From: Ruminococcus sp.
GTDB lineage: Bacteria > Bacillota > Clostridia > Oscillospirales > Ruminococcaceae
Direction of reading: 5' to 3'
Length of the DNA: 64,000 bases
NCBI GenBank assembly: GCA_017623515.1
Contig: JAGAOV010000015.1
Coordinates: 471-64,470 of the forward strand
This document shows, piece by piece, positions 9,356-17,944 of this stretch. Each line of letters opens with the position of its first letter. Within the stretch, counting starts at the first letter, position 1. A program made the translations under genes and the position numbers. A model generated the notes under the pieces. It was not told where the DNA came from and made no database searches. It worked only from the letters and a program-made list of their open reading frames with translations.

Positions 9356-11317
9356 ATGGCTGTTATCACTGTTGCAAAGTCCGCCGGATTCTGTTTCGGC
9401 GTTGACCGTGCAGTTAAAATGACTTACGAGGCACTGGATAAATATCCGGCTGTGGCTACACTCGGACCTATAATCCATAACAACAACGTGGTTGATGACA
9501 TGCTCAGACGAGGCGCACGTATTATTGACAATGTTTCAGAGCTTCGTGACGGAGAATGTGCTGTTATACGCTCACACGGCGTAAGCAGAAGCGTATATGA
9601 TGAGCTTGAAGCTATGGGAAATCCATACATTGACGCTACCTGCCCATTCGTGGCAAAAATTCATAAAATTGTTGCAAAGCATACTGCTGAAGGCGATTAT
9701 GTTCTTATTGCAGGTGATGCAAATCATCCGGAGGTTGCTGCAATCGTTGGTCATTGCAAGGGTAACTGCACCGTTTTTGAAGATGATGAATCACTTTTAA
9801 ACTTTTTCAGAACAAAGTATGAAAAGTTGGGAAAAAGGCTTGCAATTGTTGCTCAAACAACGTATAATATTTTAGTATGGGAAAAGTGTATAAATGCTCT
9901 ACCAAAAGACGACCCGAATATAATGGTTTATGACACAATATGTCATGCAACTCAGGTACGGCAGTCCGATGCAGACGAGCTTTCCAAGCGGTCAGATCTC
10001 ATGATAATCGCTGGAGGAAAGCATAGCTCAAACACTGTAAAGCTGTTTGACGTATGCAGGAAGAACTGCAGATCCTATCATATCGAGACATCGGATGAGC
10101 TGTATACTCTCGACCTGCGTAATGCACGTTCAATCGGCATTACCGCCGGAGCGTCCACACCGGCACATATTATTGAGGAGGTAAAAACCACTATGACTGA
10201 AATCATGAATGAGGACAACATGAACTTTGAAGAACTTCTTGATCAGTCCTTCAAGAAAATACATACAGGAGAGAAAGTTAAGGGCACTGTAGTTGCTGTT
10301 AACAGCAACGAGGCTGTTGTTGAAGTTGGCACTAAGCACACAGGCTATGTTAAACTCGAAGAGCTGACTAATGATCCTTCACTTACACCTGCTGACGTTG
10401 TTAAGGTCGGCGATGAGATCGACCTGATTGTAATCAAGATCAATGATCAGGAAGGTATTGCTATGCTTTCCAAGAAGAAGGTTGACGAGCAGAAGGGCTT
10501 TGAGGAAATCATCAAGGCTAAGGAAGAAGAAACTGTTCTGGAAGGAATCGTACAGAGCGTTGTTAAGGGCGGCGTTATCGTTACCTATGCTGGCGTTCGT
10601 GTATTCATCCCTGCTTCTCAGAGCGGTCTGCCGAGAAATGCTGAGCTGGATGTTCTCCTGAAGACAAAGGCTAAGTTCGTTATCCTCGAAGTAAACGAAG
10701 GCAGAAGACGTGCTGTTGGTTCTATCAAGGCTGTTCTCAAGGCTGAAAGAGACGCTGCTAAGGCTAAGTTCTGGGAAGAAGCTGAGGTTGGCTCTTCTTA
10801 CAAGGGCGAGGTTAAGTCCCTCACTAACTACGGCGCATTCGTAGATCTGGGCGGCATTGACGGTATGGTTCACATTTCTGAGCTGTCATGGAAGCGTCTG
10901 AAGCACCCGTCTGAGGTTGTTAATGTAGGCGATTTCATCGAAGTTTACATCAAGGAAATGGACAAGGAAACTGGCCGTATCTCTCTGGGCTACAAGAAGA
11001 CCGAGGACAATCCTTGGGACAAGTTCAGTGCTGAATACTCTGTAGGCGATGTTATCTCTGTTAAGATCGTTTCTGTTACTCCTTTCGGCGCATTTGCTCA
11101 GATCATTGACGGCGTTGACGGTCTGATCCACATTTCTCAGCTCGCTAACAAGCGTGTTGACAATGTTAAGGACATCGTTTCCGTTGGCGATACTGTTGAT
11201 GTTAAGATCATCGACGTTGATCTGGAAAACAAGAGAATCAGCATCTCTATCCGTGCTCTTCTCGAAGACAATGCTGCTGAGGCAGCAGAAGCTGAAGAAG
11301 CTGCTGACGCTGAATAA
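9356..11317 (+). CDS. ispH-rpsA: Fused 4-hydroxy-3-methylbut-2-enyl diphosphate reductase / ribosomal protein S1
   Basis: AGFCFGV, DATCPFV, TICHAT, SSN, TAGASTP (IspH) followed by four S1 repeats (YGAFVDLGGIDGMVHISE etc.). Confidence 0.95.
   Translation: MAVITVAKSAGFCFGVDRAVKMTYEALDKYPAVATLGPIIHNNNVVDDMLRRGARIIDNVSELRDGECAVIRSHGVSRSVYDELEAMGNPYIDATCPFVAKIHKIVAKHTAEGDYVLIAGDANHPEVAAIVGHCKGNCTVFEDDESLLNFFRTKYEKLGKRLAIVAQTTYNILVWEKCINALPKDDPNIMVYDTICHATQVRQSDADELSKRSDLMIIAGGKHSSNTVKLFDVCRKNCRSYHIETSDELYTLDLRNARSIGITAGASTPAHIIEEVKTTMTEIMNEDNMNFEELLDQSFKKIHTGEKVKGTVVAVNSNEAVVEVGTKHTGYVKLEELTNDPSLTPADVVKVGDEIDLIVIKINDQEGIAMLSKKKVDEQKGFEEIIKAKEEETVLEGIVQSVVKGGVIVTYAGVRVFIPASQSGLPRNAELDVLLKTKAKFVILEVNEGRRRAVGSIKAVLKAERDAAKAKFWEEAEVGSSYKGEVKSLTNYGAFVDLGGIDGMVHISELSWKRLKHPSEVVNVGDFIEVYIKEMDKETGRISLGYKKTEDNPWDKFSAEYSVGDVISVKIVSVTPFGAFAQIIDGVDGLIHISQLANKRVDNVKDIVSVGDTVDVKIIDVDLENKRISISIRALLEDNAAEAAEAEEAADAE
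9840..9868 (+). promoter_or_regulatory. Candidate internal sigma-A promoter inside ispH
   Basis: TTGCAA-17 bp-TATAAT with an A/T-rich upstream tract. Confidence 0.55.
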
Positions 11318-11335
11318 GCTTTATTGCAAAAAATC

Positions 11336-11364
11336 AGGACTGTCCGTTCGGGCAGTCCTTTTTT
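11336..11364. terminator. Intrinsic terminator after ispH-rpsA (probably bidirectional)
   Basis: AGGACTGTCC-GTTC-GGGCAGTCCT hairpin with T-run after and A-run before. Confidence 0.8.
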
Positions 11365-11373
11365 GCGGTATTC

Positions 11374-11886
11374 TCACTTCATTATCCATCGCCAAGGCAT
11401 ATTCTTCCAGTAATCGCCGGCGTAGTCGATGCCTACACGAACATCTGTCCGCATCTGCGGCCGAAATCCATCATCCTCTATCCAGAGTTCCGGATGATAT
11501 GCAAAGCTTCCGCCGTTGAAGCTCTTATCTATTTGCAGGAATTTAGTCAGCTTAGCAGGCCCGTTATGCACTTCTCCTGCACGTATAAGAACACCCTGCG
11601 GCTGTTCCGGTTCGCCTGTAATTACATTCATCAGCCAATGCATTCCGTAGCAGAGATACACATAGATAATTCCGCTTTCACGGTAGAGAAGTTCAGTTCT
11701 TGGCGTTCTGCCCTTTGAAGCATGACACGCAAGGTCATCCTCTCCACGATATGCCTCGGTTTCAGCAATGCGTTCACGGAGAATACTGCCGTCCGGAAGT
11801 CTCCGGCAGATGATCTTGCCCACAAGATCAGGAGCGACTTCAAGGCAGTCACGATGGTAGAAGTCGGAGCATAGTTTTTGCGGCAT
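11374..11886 (-). CDS. DNA-3-methyladenine glycosylase (MPG/AAG family)
   Basis: IAETEAY, YVYLCYGMH, VLIRA, NGPAKL, RVGI. Confidence 0.9.
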   Translation of the reverse strand: MPQKLCSDFYHRDCLEVAPDLVGKIICRRLPDGSILRERIAETEAYRGEDDLACHASKGRTPRTELLYRESGIIYVYLCYGMHWLMNVITGEPEQPQGVLIRAGEVHNGPAKLTKFLQIDKSFNGGSFAYHPELWIEDDGFRPQMRTDVRVGIDYAGDYWKNMPWRWIMK

Positions 11887-11935
11887 GGTTTGATGTCCTT
11901 TCTTTGATGGATATAATAAACATGTTACAACCGCT

Positions 11936-12086
11936 AAAGCCTCCCCTTAGTAAGGGGAGGTGGCTGAGCAAAGCGAAGTCGGAGGGGATTGCACCCAGCG
12001 CAGAAAGCTAAAAATTAAAGTCCGCTTGTCCATACGCAATCCCCTCAGTCAGCTTCGCTGACAGCTCCCCTTACTAAGGGGAGCCT
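11936..12086. repeat. REPIN/MITE-like element, copy A (core only)
   Basis: Two inverted arms each carrying the CTCCCCTTAGTAAGGGGAG palindrome around a ~47-bp spacer; near reverse complement of 46807-46958. Confidence 0.85.
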
Positions 12087-12111
12087 CATGCGGAACGTCC
12101 GATTTTATATA

Positions 12112-13857
12112 CTATTTCTTATACTTCCCCAAATCATCCGGCGGCGTTACATAAACCGTATGCTGATTCGAGAATATTACCATGCCCGGCTTTGCACCAG
12201 CCGGTTTTTTTACGTACTTCACAAGGCAATAATCAACAGGCACCTGCGCTGATGTCTGTGCCTTGCTGTGATACGCCGCAAGGGATGCCGCCTCAATGAT
12301 CGTTTTAAGGGGCACTTCCTCACCGCCTGCACGTATTATTACATGTGAACCTGCAATATTCTGGGTATGCAGCCATATATCAAGCTTCTCCGCATCTTTA
12401 AGAGTAAGCTTGTCATTCTGCTTGTTATTGCGTCCCACAAGAATTTTATAACCCTCAGAGGAGACATACTCCATAGGCGGCAGAGACTTCGGCGGCTTGC
12501 CTTTAAGCCGTGCTGCACGTACATAGCCTTGTTCGCTAAGCTCAAGCCGGAGCTGCTCCAGATCATTCTCAGTCTCCGCACGGGTAAGCACATCAAGAAC
12601 ACTGTCAAGATACAAAAGCTCTGACTTTCCAGCAGCTATCTGTTCTGCAAGTATCTTCTCCGCTGTACATGCCTTTTTGTATGCGCTGTAATATCTCTGG
12701 GCATTCTGCGGCGGCGTAAGTCTTGGATCAAGGTCTATTGTAACTGTCGGACAGTCCGGCTCGTAGAAATCCTCAATCACTGCTTCGGTATCGCCCTTCT
12801 TTATACGATAAAGATTCGCTGAAATAAGGTCTGCCTTTTTTCTTAAACTGTCCTTTTCCCTGCACTGCTCCAGCTCCTCTGTCTGTGAGGAGATTCGTCT
12901 GGATGTTCGCTCGGTAGTCTGCACCAGAAGCCTGAAAAGGTCATTTGCTCTCTGCTTCATACGTGCCGCCCTGTCACGCTGGGCATAGAAATGGTCAAGC
13001 AGTGCGCAGGCTGAGGGCATTTCCTTTGTTACCATAAGTGTACCGTACTGGTGAAGCGGCAGGAATGAAAAGTCCTTCAGCTGTCCCTCTTTTGTAGAGG
13101 CAATAGTAAAATGACATTCACCCTCTGTAAGCATGGTTTTCGTTCGTCCTATCGCATAGAGCAGTCTGTCGTACATATCCTCTGTCATGGTTTCTGTCCG
13201 GCAGTCTGCACCTCGTCCTGTATAGAACGCCCACTCCCTCGTAAGCACCGGAGAAACGCCCTCTAACGAGTTTAAAAGCATTTTAGGCAAACTTCCAGAG
13301 CATGCCTTCAAAGTGTCTCTCAGGGCATTCTGAGTGCAGCTGAGAAAGTTTAAACGTTCATCCCTCGGCGGTGTCTCGTAAATCATTCCCGGAAGTACAA
13401 GACGCTTGCTGGACATCTCAGAATCAACTCGCTTTATGCTGTCAATTATTTTGCCGTTTTCGTCTATAAGGATAAGGTTTGAGTACCTGCCCATTATCTC
13501 ACAGGCAAGGGTAATCTGCACTACATCTCCAAGCTCGTTTATACATGAGAAGTCAAGATACAGCACACGTTCCAGTCCGTCCTGTCGTATCGCAAGAAGC
13601 TTTCCGCTGCCAAGACGTTTTCTCAGAAGCATACAGAACATAGGCGGTACTTTTGGATTTTCAGGCTGTACCTCCGTAAGATGAACTCTCGCACGGTCGG
13701 CTGACGCTGATATAAGCACTTTGTAGCCGCCTTCACGGGTTCTCATGGAAATGATTATCTCTTCTCTCGCAGGCTGGTGTATCTTCTCAACTCTTGCGCC
13801 GATAAGACAATTCATCTCCTGTCTGACTGCATATAAAAATGCACCGTCCAAAGCCAT
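12112..13857 (-). CDS. rqcH: NFACT/FbpA family ribosome quality-control protein RqcH
   Basis: MALDG start, EIMGRYSNLIL, NAQRYY, VGRNNKQND, GSHV, VPVDY, KPGMV. Confidence 0.9.
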   Translation of the reverse strand: MALDGAFLYAVRQEMNCLIGARVEKIHQPAREEIIISMRTREGGYKVLISASADRARVHLTEVQPENPKVPPMFCMLLRKRLGSGKLLAIRQDGLERVLYLDFSCINELGDVVQITLACEIMGRYSNLILIDENGKIIDSIKRVDSEMSSKRLVLPGMIYETPPRDERLNFLSCTQNALRDTLKACSGSLPKMLLNSLEGVSPVLTREWAFYTGRGADCRTETMTEDMYDRLLYAIGRTKTMLTEGECHFTIASTKEGQLKDFSFLPLHQYGTLMVTKEMPSACALLDHFYAQRDRAARMKQRANDLFRLLVQTTERTSRRISSQTEELEQCREKDSLRKKADLISANLYRIKKGDTEAVIEDFYEPDCPTVTIDLDPRLTPPQNAQRYYSAYKKACTAEKILAEQIAAGKSELLYLDSVLDVLTRAETENDLEQLRLELSEQGYVRAARLKGKPPKSLPPMEYVSSEGYKILVGRNNKQNDKLTLKDAEKLDIWLHTQNIAGSHVIIRAGGEEVPLKTIIEAASLAAYHSKAQTSAQVPVDYCLVKYVKKPAGAKPGMVIFSNQHTVYVTPPDDLGKYKK

Positions 13858-13860
13858 TGG

Positions 13861-14685
13861 CTATACCTCCTTTTCGTATTGTAATATCTGGAATGCGGTC
13901 TCCGTCCGAAGTTCTTTTAATGCTTCAAGCCGGAGATGCTCCTCACGTCCTGTTTTATAGTAATAGGGTGTCATAGAGAATAGATTCTGTATATCATCAG
14001 AATTATCCATGAAAATTTCACCCTCTATCTTCTCTGCACCAAGAAACCTAAAGCCGTCAAGCTCATAATTCTGCACCTGATTTGCATAGGGCTTATCGTA
14101 GACAGCCTTTTTCAGTCCCATAAGGTGATTTTCATCCGGTATAACAAGTATCATCTTTCCATGAGATTTAAGAACACGGCTGAATTCCTCGCCGCAATAG
14201 GGCGCAAAAAGGGACATCAGTACATCGCAGCTTTCATTTACTACTGGCAGATGGAATATACTTGCCACGGCAAAATCTGCCGCCTTACAGCTTTTTGCTG
14301 CTGCGTCCACAGCGCATTTCGCTATATCTATTCCGTATACATCTGCCGTCTTTCCGGCTTCTGTAAGAGCATTGCATACATTCCTCGTATAATAGCCCTC
14401 GCCGCTGCCTGCGTCCAGAAGTGTTCCCTTATCGGGCATGTATCCGCACACTATACGGCAGAGAGCGTCGCTCATAGGCTTATAGTAGTCCTTGGTAAGA
14501 AAACTTCTCCTCGCCTGCACCATAAGAACATTGTCGCCGGGATCTTTCGTGCGCTTCTTATTCGCCGGAAGAAGATTTACATAACCGCTTCTTGCACGGT
14601 CAAAGGTATGCCTTTTTCCGCAGAAAAGGGTTCTTCCCTCTTCCGTCAGGATCTCACCGCATACGGGACACTGCCACAGGCTCAT
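13861..14685 (-). CDS. RlmA-like rRNA (guanine-N1) methyltransferase
   Basis: CPVC…C…H zinc finger, GYVNLL, DAGSGEGYY, MTPY. Confidence 0.8.
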   Translation of the reverse strand: MSLWQCPVCGEILTEEGRTLFCGKRHTFDRARSGYVNLLPANKKRTKDPGDNVLMVQARRSFLTKDYYKPMSDALCRIVCGYMPDKGTLLDAGSGEGYYTRNVCNALTEAGKTADVYGIDIAKCAVDAAAKSCKAADFAVASIFHLPVVNESCDVLMSLFAPYCGEEFSRVLKSHGKMILVIPDENHLMGLKKAVYDKPYANQVQNYELDGFRFLGAEKIEGEIFMDNSDDIQNLFSMTPYYYKTGREEHLRLEALKELRTETAFQILQYEKEV

Positions 14686-15467
14686 GCTTCATCTCCTCCG
14701 AACACATAGGAAACAGGATCGCCGCCCTTATCGCAGATAATTTCAGCGTCAGGAAATGCTGCTTTCAGCCTTTCAGAAAAAATATCCTGCGCTATGCATT
14801 CCGTATGATAATGACCGCAGTCGAAAAGTGCGATTCCTGCATTACGTGCGGTATACCAGCGGTCGTGTTTTATGTCACCCGTTATAAGTGCGTCACAGCC
14901 CTGCGCTATAACATCCTCAAGGAATGAACTGCCGCTTCCTCCGCAGAGTGCGATCTTTCTTATTGGATGGTCTGACTTGCAGAAACGCACTACAGGACAG
15001 CCGAGGGTTTCTTTCAGAATAGACGCAAGCTCCTCTGCGGAAAATTCCTCGCCGCTTTCAGCTGTCCAGCCTAAACCGCTGCCGTCAGGAGAACCTGTAA
15101 TCTCACCAAGAGAAAGCGTACCTTTAAGCATATCATAAAGGCGTGTATTTATACCGCCCTCCGCAATATCCAGAGGTGTATGAACGCATATCGCCGCCAT
15201 ATTCGCCGCTGCAAGCTGCCACACCGGATCAGAGGGCGCAAGGCTTTTGAATGGTGAAAAAATAATGGGATGATGTGCAACTATAAGCTGTGCGCCTGCC
15301 GCCTTTGCTGCCTCTATGGATTCCTTTGAAATATCAAGAGTAATATAGATCTTATCCGCAGGCATATCCATACTGCCAACCAGAAGTCCGCTGTTATCCC
15401 ACTTTTCCTGAGTACAGAACGGCGCAAAGCTGTCTATTGCCTTGTATATATCTCCAACTGTTATCAT
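14682..15467 (-). CDS. Nif3-like dinuclear metal protein
   Basis: WDNSGL, HHP, HTPLD, CGGSG, GHYHTE. Confidence 0.9.
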   Translation of the reverse strand: MITVGDIYKAIDSFAPFCTQEKWDNSGLLVGSMDMPADKIYITLDISKESIEAAKAAGAQLIVAHHPIIFSPFKSLAPSDPVWQLAAANMAAICVHTPLDIAEGGINTRLYDMLKGTLSLGEITGSPDGSGLGWTAESGEEFSAEELASILKETLGCPVVRFCKSDHPIRKIALCGGSGSSFLEDVIAQGCDALITGDIKHDRWYTARNAGIALFDCGHYHTECIAQDIFSERLKAAFPDAEIICDKGGDPVSYVFGGDEA

Positions 15468-16141
15468 GTATCTTCCTCCTCTGAGCATTTTCCTGCAAGT
15501 TCCTCTGCAAGCTTTCCGTAATATTCTGCCGCTTCAGGCAGAGCTGCTGCCATCTGCTGTGAAAGTTTCCTGTAGTGGGAAAGCCTGAACCTGCCGTATT
15601 CCTTTACTGTCTCATCAGACCAGTCAGGTCTCCCAAGCTCCTTTTCAAAATCAGAAAGGGTATATTTTTTGCCGCTGAACATAGCTTTTATCACTGTATA
15701 GAAAAACTTTCCCTCACTGACTATTCTCTCTTCATGTATATCAAAGCCCTTTCCGCAAAGCCATTCTCTCAGAAGAGAAGCCTTTGTCATAGGCTGTAAG
15801 ATCAGGTTCACCCCGCCCTTTATCCAAGGGCAGTCCTCCAGTATATGAATAATAGTCTCTCCGCCCATGCCGGCAATTATAACATCTGTAACACCGTCAG
15901 AGGGCACTTGCATAAGACCGTCTGAAAGTATCAGCTGCGCTTTAGAAAGCAGTCCTGCCTGACGGAGAGTTCTCTCTGCCGCCTGAAGAGGCCCTTCCGC
16001 TACGTCTGACGCTATAACCTCTCTGCATGTGCCGTTTCTCAGAAGCTCCGCTGCAAGATAGGCGTGGTCTGTTCCTACGTCACAGGCAATGCCCTTTCCT
16101 GATACAAGCTCTGCACATGCACTGAGTCTTTTTGTAAGCAT
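15464..16141 (-). CDS. trmK: tRNA (adenine22-N1) methyltransferase
   Basis: DVGTDHAYL, IAGMGG, LILQP; adjacent to nif3. Confidence 0.9.
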   Translation of the reverse strand: MLTKRLSACAELVSGKGIACDVGTDHAYLAAELLRNGTCREVIASDVAEGPLQAAERTLRQAGLLSKAQLILSDGLMQVPSDGVTDVIIAGMGGETIIHILEDCPWIKGGVNLILQPMTKASLLREWLCGKGFDIHEERIVSEGKFFYTVIKAMFSGKKYTLSDFEKELGRPDWSDETVKEYGRFRLSHYRKLSQQMAAALPEAAEYYGKLAEELAGKCSEEEDT

Positions 16142-16238
16142 TTATTTCACCTCACCAAAAAATAAACTCCCATACATTCAAGCCTGGGAATATTCCATTG
16201 TTCTCAGGCTATGGTTTTACTATATGCATTTGTATCAA

Positions 16239-16835
16239 TCAGAATCTGCTTGAGCAGGAAACCACGATTTCATTCAGTCCGCTTTCATACGCAGCCGGTT
16301 CATCCATCGCCCACAGATTAACGCCATATACCGCCCATATCTGATCCTCTTCTATTTGCCATGCATATTCTTCTTTTACGCCATATTCAGCGTTTTCATT
16401 ACTTTGGTTTCCATCTCCATACCACTCGGACAGAGTGCCTTTTATAGTATCATAGGCGATTTTGAGTTCCTCTTCGGAATAAGGATAAACAGGAGCATCA
16501 AAACTTCCGCTTTGACCAAGATGATATCCGAAAGTAATCAGTATCTCTGTCTGCAAATCAAATTCAAAAAACATATACCCCTCAATATCTATATCGAATG
16601 CTTCACCAGCATCAACATAGTAATCATACTCAATCGTATTCTTATAAAAGTCATCTGTTACGCTGTTGTCGTAATCATCACCCATAACTTTGAATAATTC
16701 TTCGCTGGTAATTCCGGTTTTTATGCCAGGAATTATGGATTTATCTTGTTCCGGTTGTATTTCATCATTACATCCGGTTAAAATGACAAGCATCGACATA
16801 ACAAGAATCCAATTCCCATTTTTTACTTTTTTCAT
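16239..16835 (-). CDS. Hypothetical acidic lipoprotein
   Basis: MKKVK…LVILTGC lipobox; GGAAAGGA RBS; visibly more A+T-rich than its neighbours. Confidence 0.7.
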   Translation of the reverse strand: MKKVKNGNWILVMSMLVILTGCNDEIQPEQDKSIIPGIKTGITSEELFKVMGDDYDNSVTDDFYKNTIEYDYYVDAGEAFDIDIEGYMFFEFDLQTEILITFGYHLGQSGSFDAPVYPYSEEELKIAYDTIKGTLSEWYGDGNQSNENAEYGVKEEYAWQIEEDQIWAVYGVNLWAMDEPAAYESGLNEIVVSCSSRF

Positions 16836-16892
16836 AATAAAGTCCTTTCCGAATTTTGATTTCATTCTGGTTTAATTCTGATTGATGGGGTG

Positions 16893-17125
16893 AATTGTAA
16901 TTTATCGCTGTATGATATCAACTTGAAAGAACGAGCCGAAAGCCTCCCCTTAGAAAGGGGAGGTGGCACGCCGCAAGCGTGACGGAGGGGATTGCAAAAA
17001 GGAAAGCAGACTGTAATTCTTAGTTTTCCTCGCTGGGTACAATCCCCTCAGTCAGCTTCGCTGACAGCTCCCCTTACTAAGGGGAGCCTTTCGTGGTGTG
17101 CCTGCGACACATATAAACTACAATT
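16893..17125. repeat. REPIN/MITE-like element, copy B (233 bp)
   Basis: Outer IR AATTGTAATTTAT…ATAAACTACAATT; inner palindromic arms at 16937-17093. Confidence 0.85.
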
Positions 17126-17156
17126 TGCCTTTCAATAATTAAATCAAACCCAAAAA

Positions 17157-17186
17157 TCAAGCGGCCGTCGGAGACAGCCGCTTGAG
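17157..17186 (-). terminator. Intrinsic terminator after DUF1858 gene
   Basis: TCAAGCGGC…GCCGCTTGA hairpin followed by a T-run on the minus strand. Confidence 0.7.
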
Positions 17187-17201
17187 CTTTAAGTCTTGTT
17201 C

Positions 17202-17408
17202 TTACTTATCAGCAAGCTGTGCATTCAGCTTTTCCAGAAGCTCCTCGCAATTCACGCCATGAACCATGCAAGCTTCTTCCACTGTCTCTCCACGGGATGC
17301 AGGACAGCCAAGACAGTGCATACCGATCTCCAGAAATGTCGGTGCAGTTTCCGGTGCAATGTCCAGAATATCTCCGATAATAGTATCCTTTGTAATAGTT
17401 ACAGCCAT
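17202..17408 (-). CDS. DUF1858 (hybrid-cluster-associated redox disulfide) protein
   Basis: ITKDTIIGDIL…GMHCLGCP…ETVEEACMVHG. Confidence 0.85.
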   Translation of the reverse strand: MAVTITKDTIIGDILDIAPETAPTFLEIGMHCLGCPASRGETVEEACMVHGVNCEELLEKLNAQLADK

Positions 17409-17492
17409 TGTTTTTTCCTCCTGTTTTTGGTAATTTGCTTATTTATGCAAGACAAGGCACAGCTTTCGCCATGCCCCGCTTTCATTTTCCTT

Positions 17493-17780
17493 TTATTCAG
17501 CCTTCATCTTAGCGAAGCACTCGCTGCAGTAAACTGCACGGTCTTCTCTGGGCTGGAACGGAACCTTTGCTTCGCCGCCGCAGGATGCGCATGTAGCAGT
17601 GAACATCTCACGCTCCGGCTTTGCAGAACCGCCGGCATTGCCCTTCTTTGCATCACGGCAAGCCTTGCAGCGTTTCGGTTCATTTACAAAACCCTTTTCT
17701 GCGTAAAATTCCTGTTCGCCGGATGTGAAAACGAATTCCTCGCCGCAATCCTTGCATACTAAAGTCTTATCTTCGTACAT
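17493..17780 (-). CDS. Zinc-ribbon / CxxC-x17-CxxC protein
   Basis: DKTLVCKDCG…EQEFYAEKGF…PKRCKAC and CASCG…VPFQP…VYCSECF. Confidence 0.85.
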   Translation of the reverse strand: MYEDKTLVCKDCGEEFVFTSGEQEFYAEKGFVNEPKRCKACRDAKKGNAGGSAKPEREMFTATCASCGGEAKVPFQPREDRAVYCSECFAKMKAE

Positions 17781-17857
17781 AGTGACCTTTCCTTTCTGAA
17801 TTTTCCATTTTGGAAAATCCGCTGCTGCGTCATGACAGCAGCTTACCTGAGTTGTTT

Positions 17858-17924
17858 TGAACCGGGAACGGATTCACACCGACACCTGACATTACGTCTT
17901 GCTCTGCTGTTAAGCTACCGGCTC
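17858..17924 (-). ncRNA. tRNA-like element with shortened anticodon arm (not a functional tRNA)
   Basis: GAGCCGG/CCGGTTC acceptor stem, TA-GCTT…GAGC D arm, GAC-GTAAT-GTC mini arm, CGG-TGTGAAT-CCG T-like arm. Confidence 0.5.
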
Positions 17925-17944
17925 ATATTTTTGTACTGCTTCAC

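Noticed and set aside
11936-12086. Palindromic repeats as an IS element or CRISPR
   Set aside because: No transposase ORF; copies are dispersed, and their spacers are homologous to each other rather than unique
17858-17924. Functional tRNA gene
   Set aside because: Anticodon arm too short, no D-loop GG, T-loop lacks TTC; kept only as a tRNA-like element
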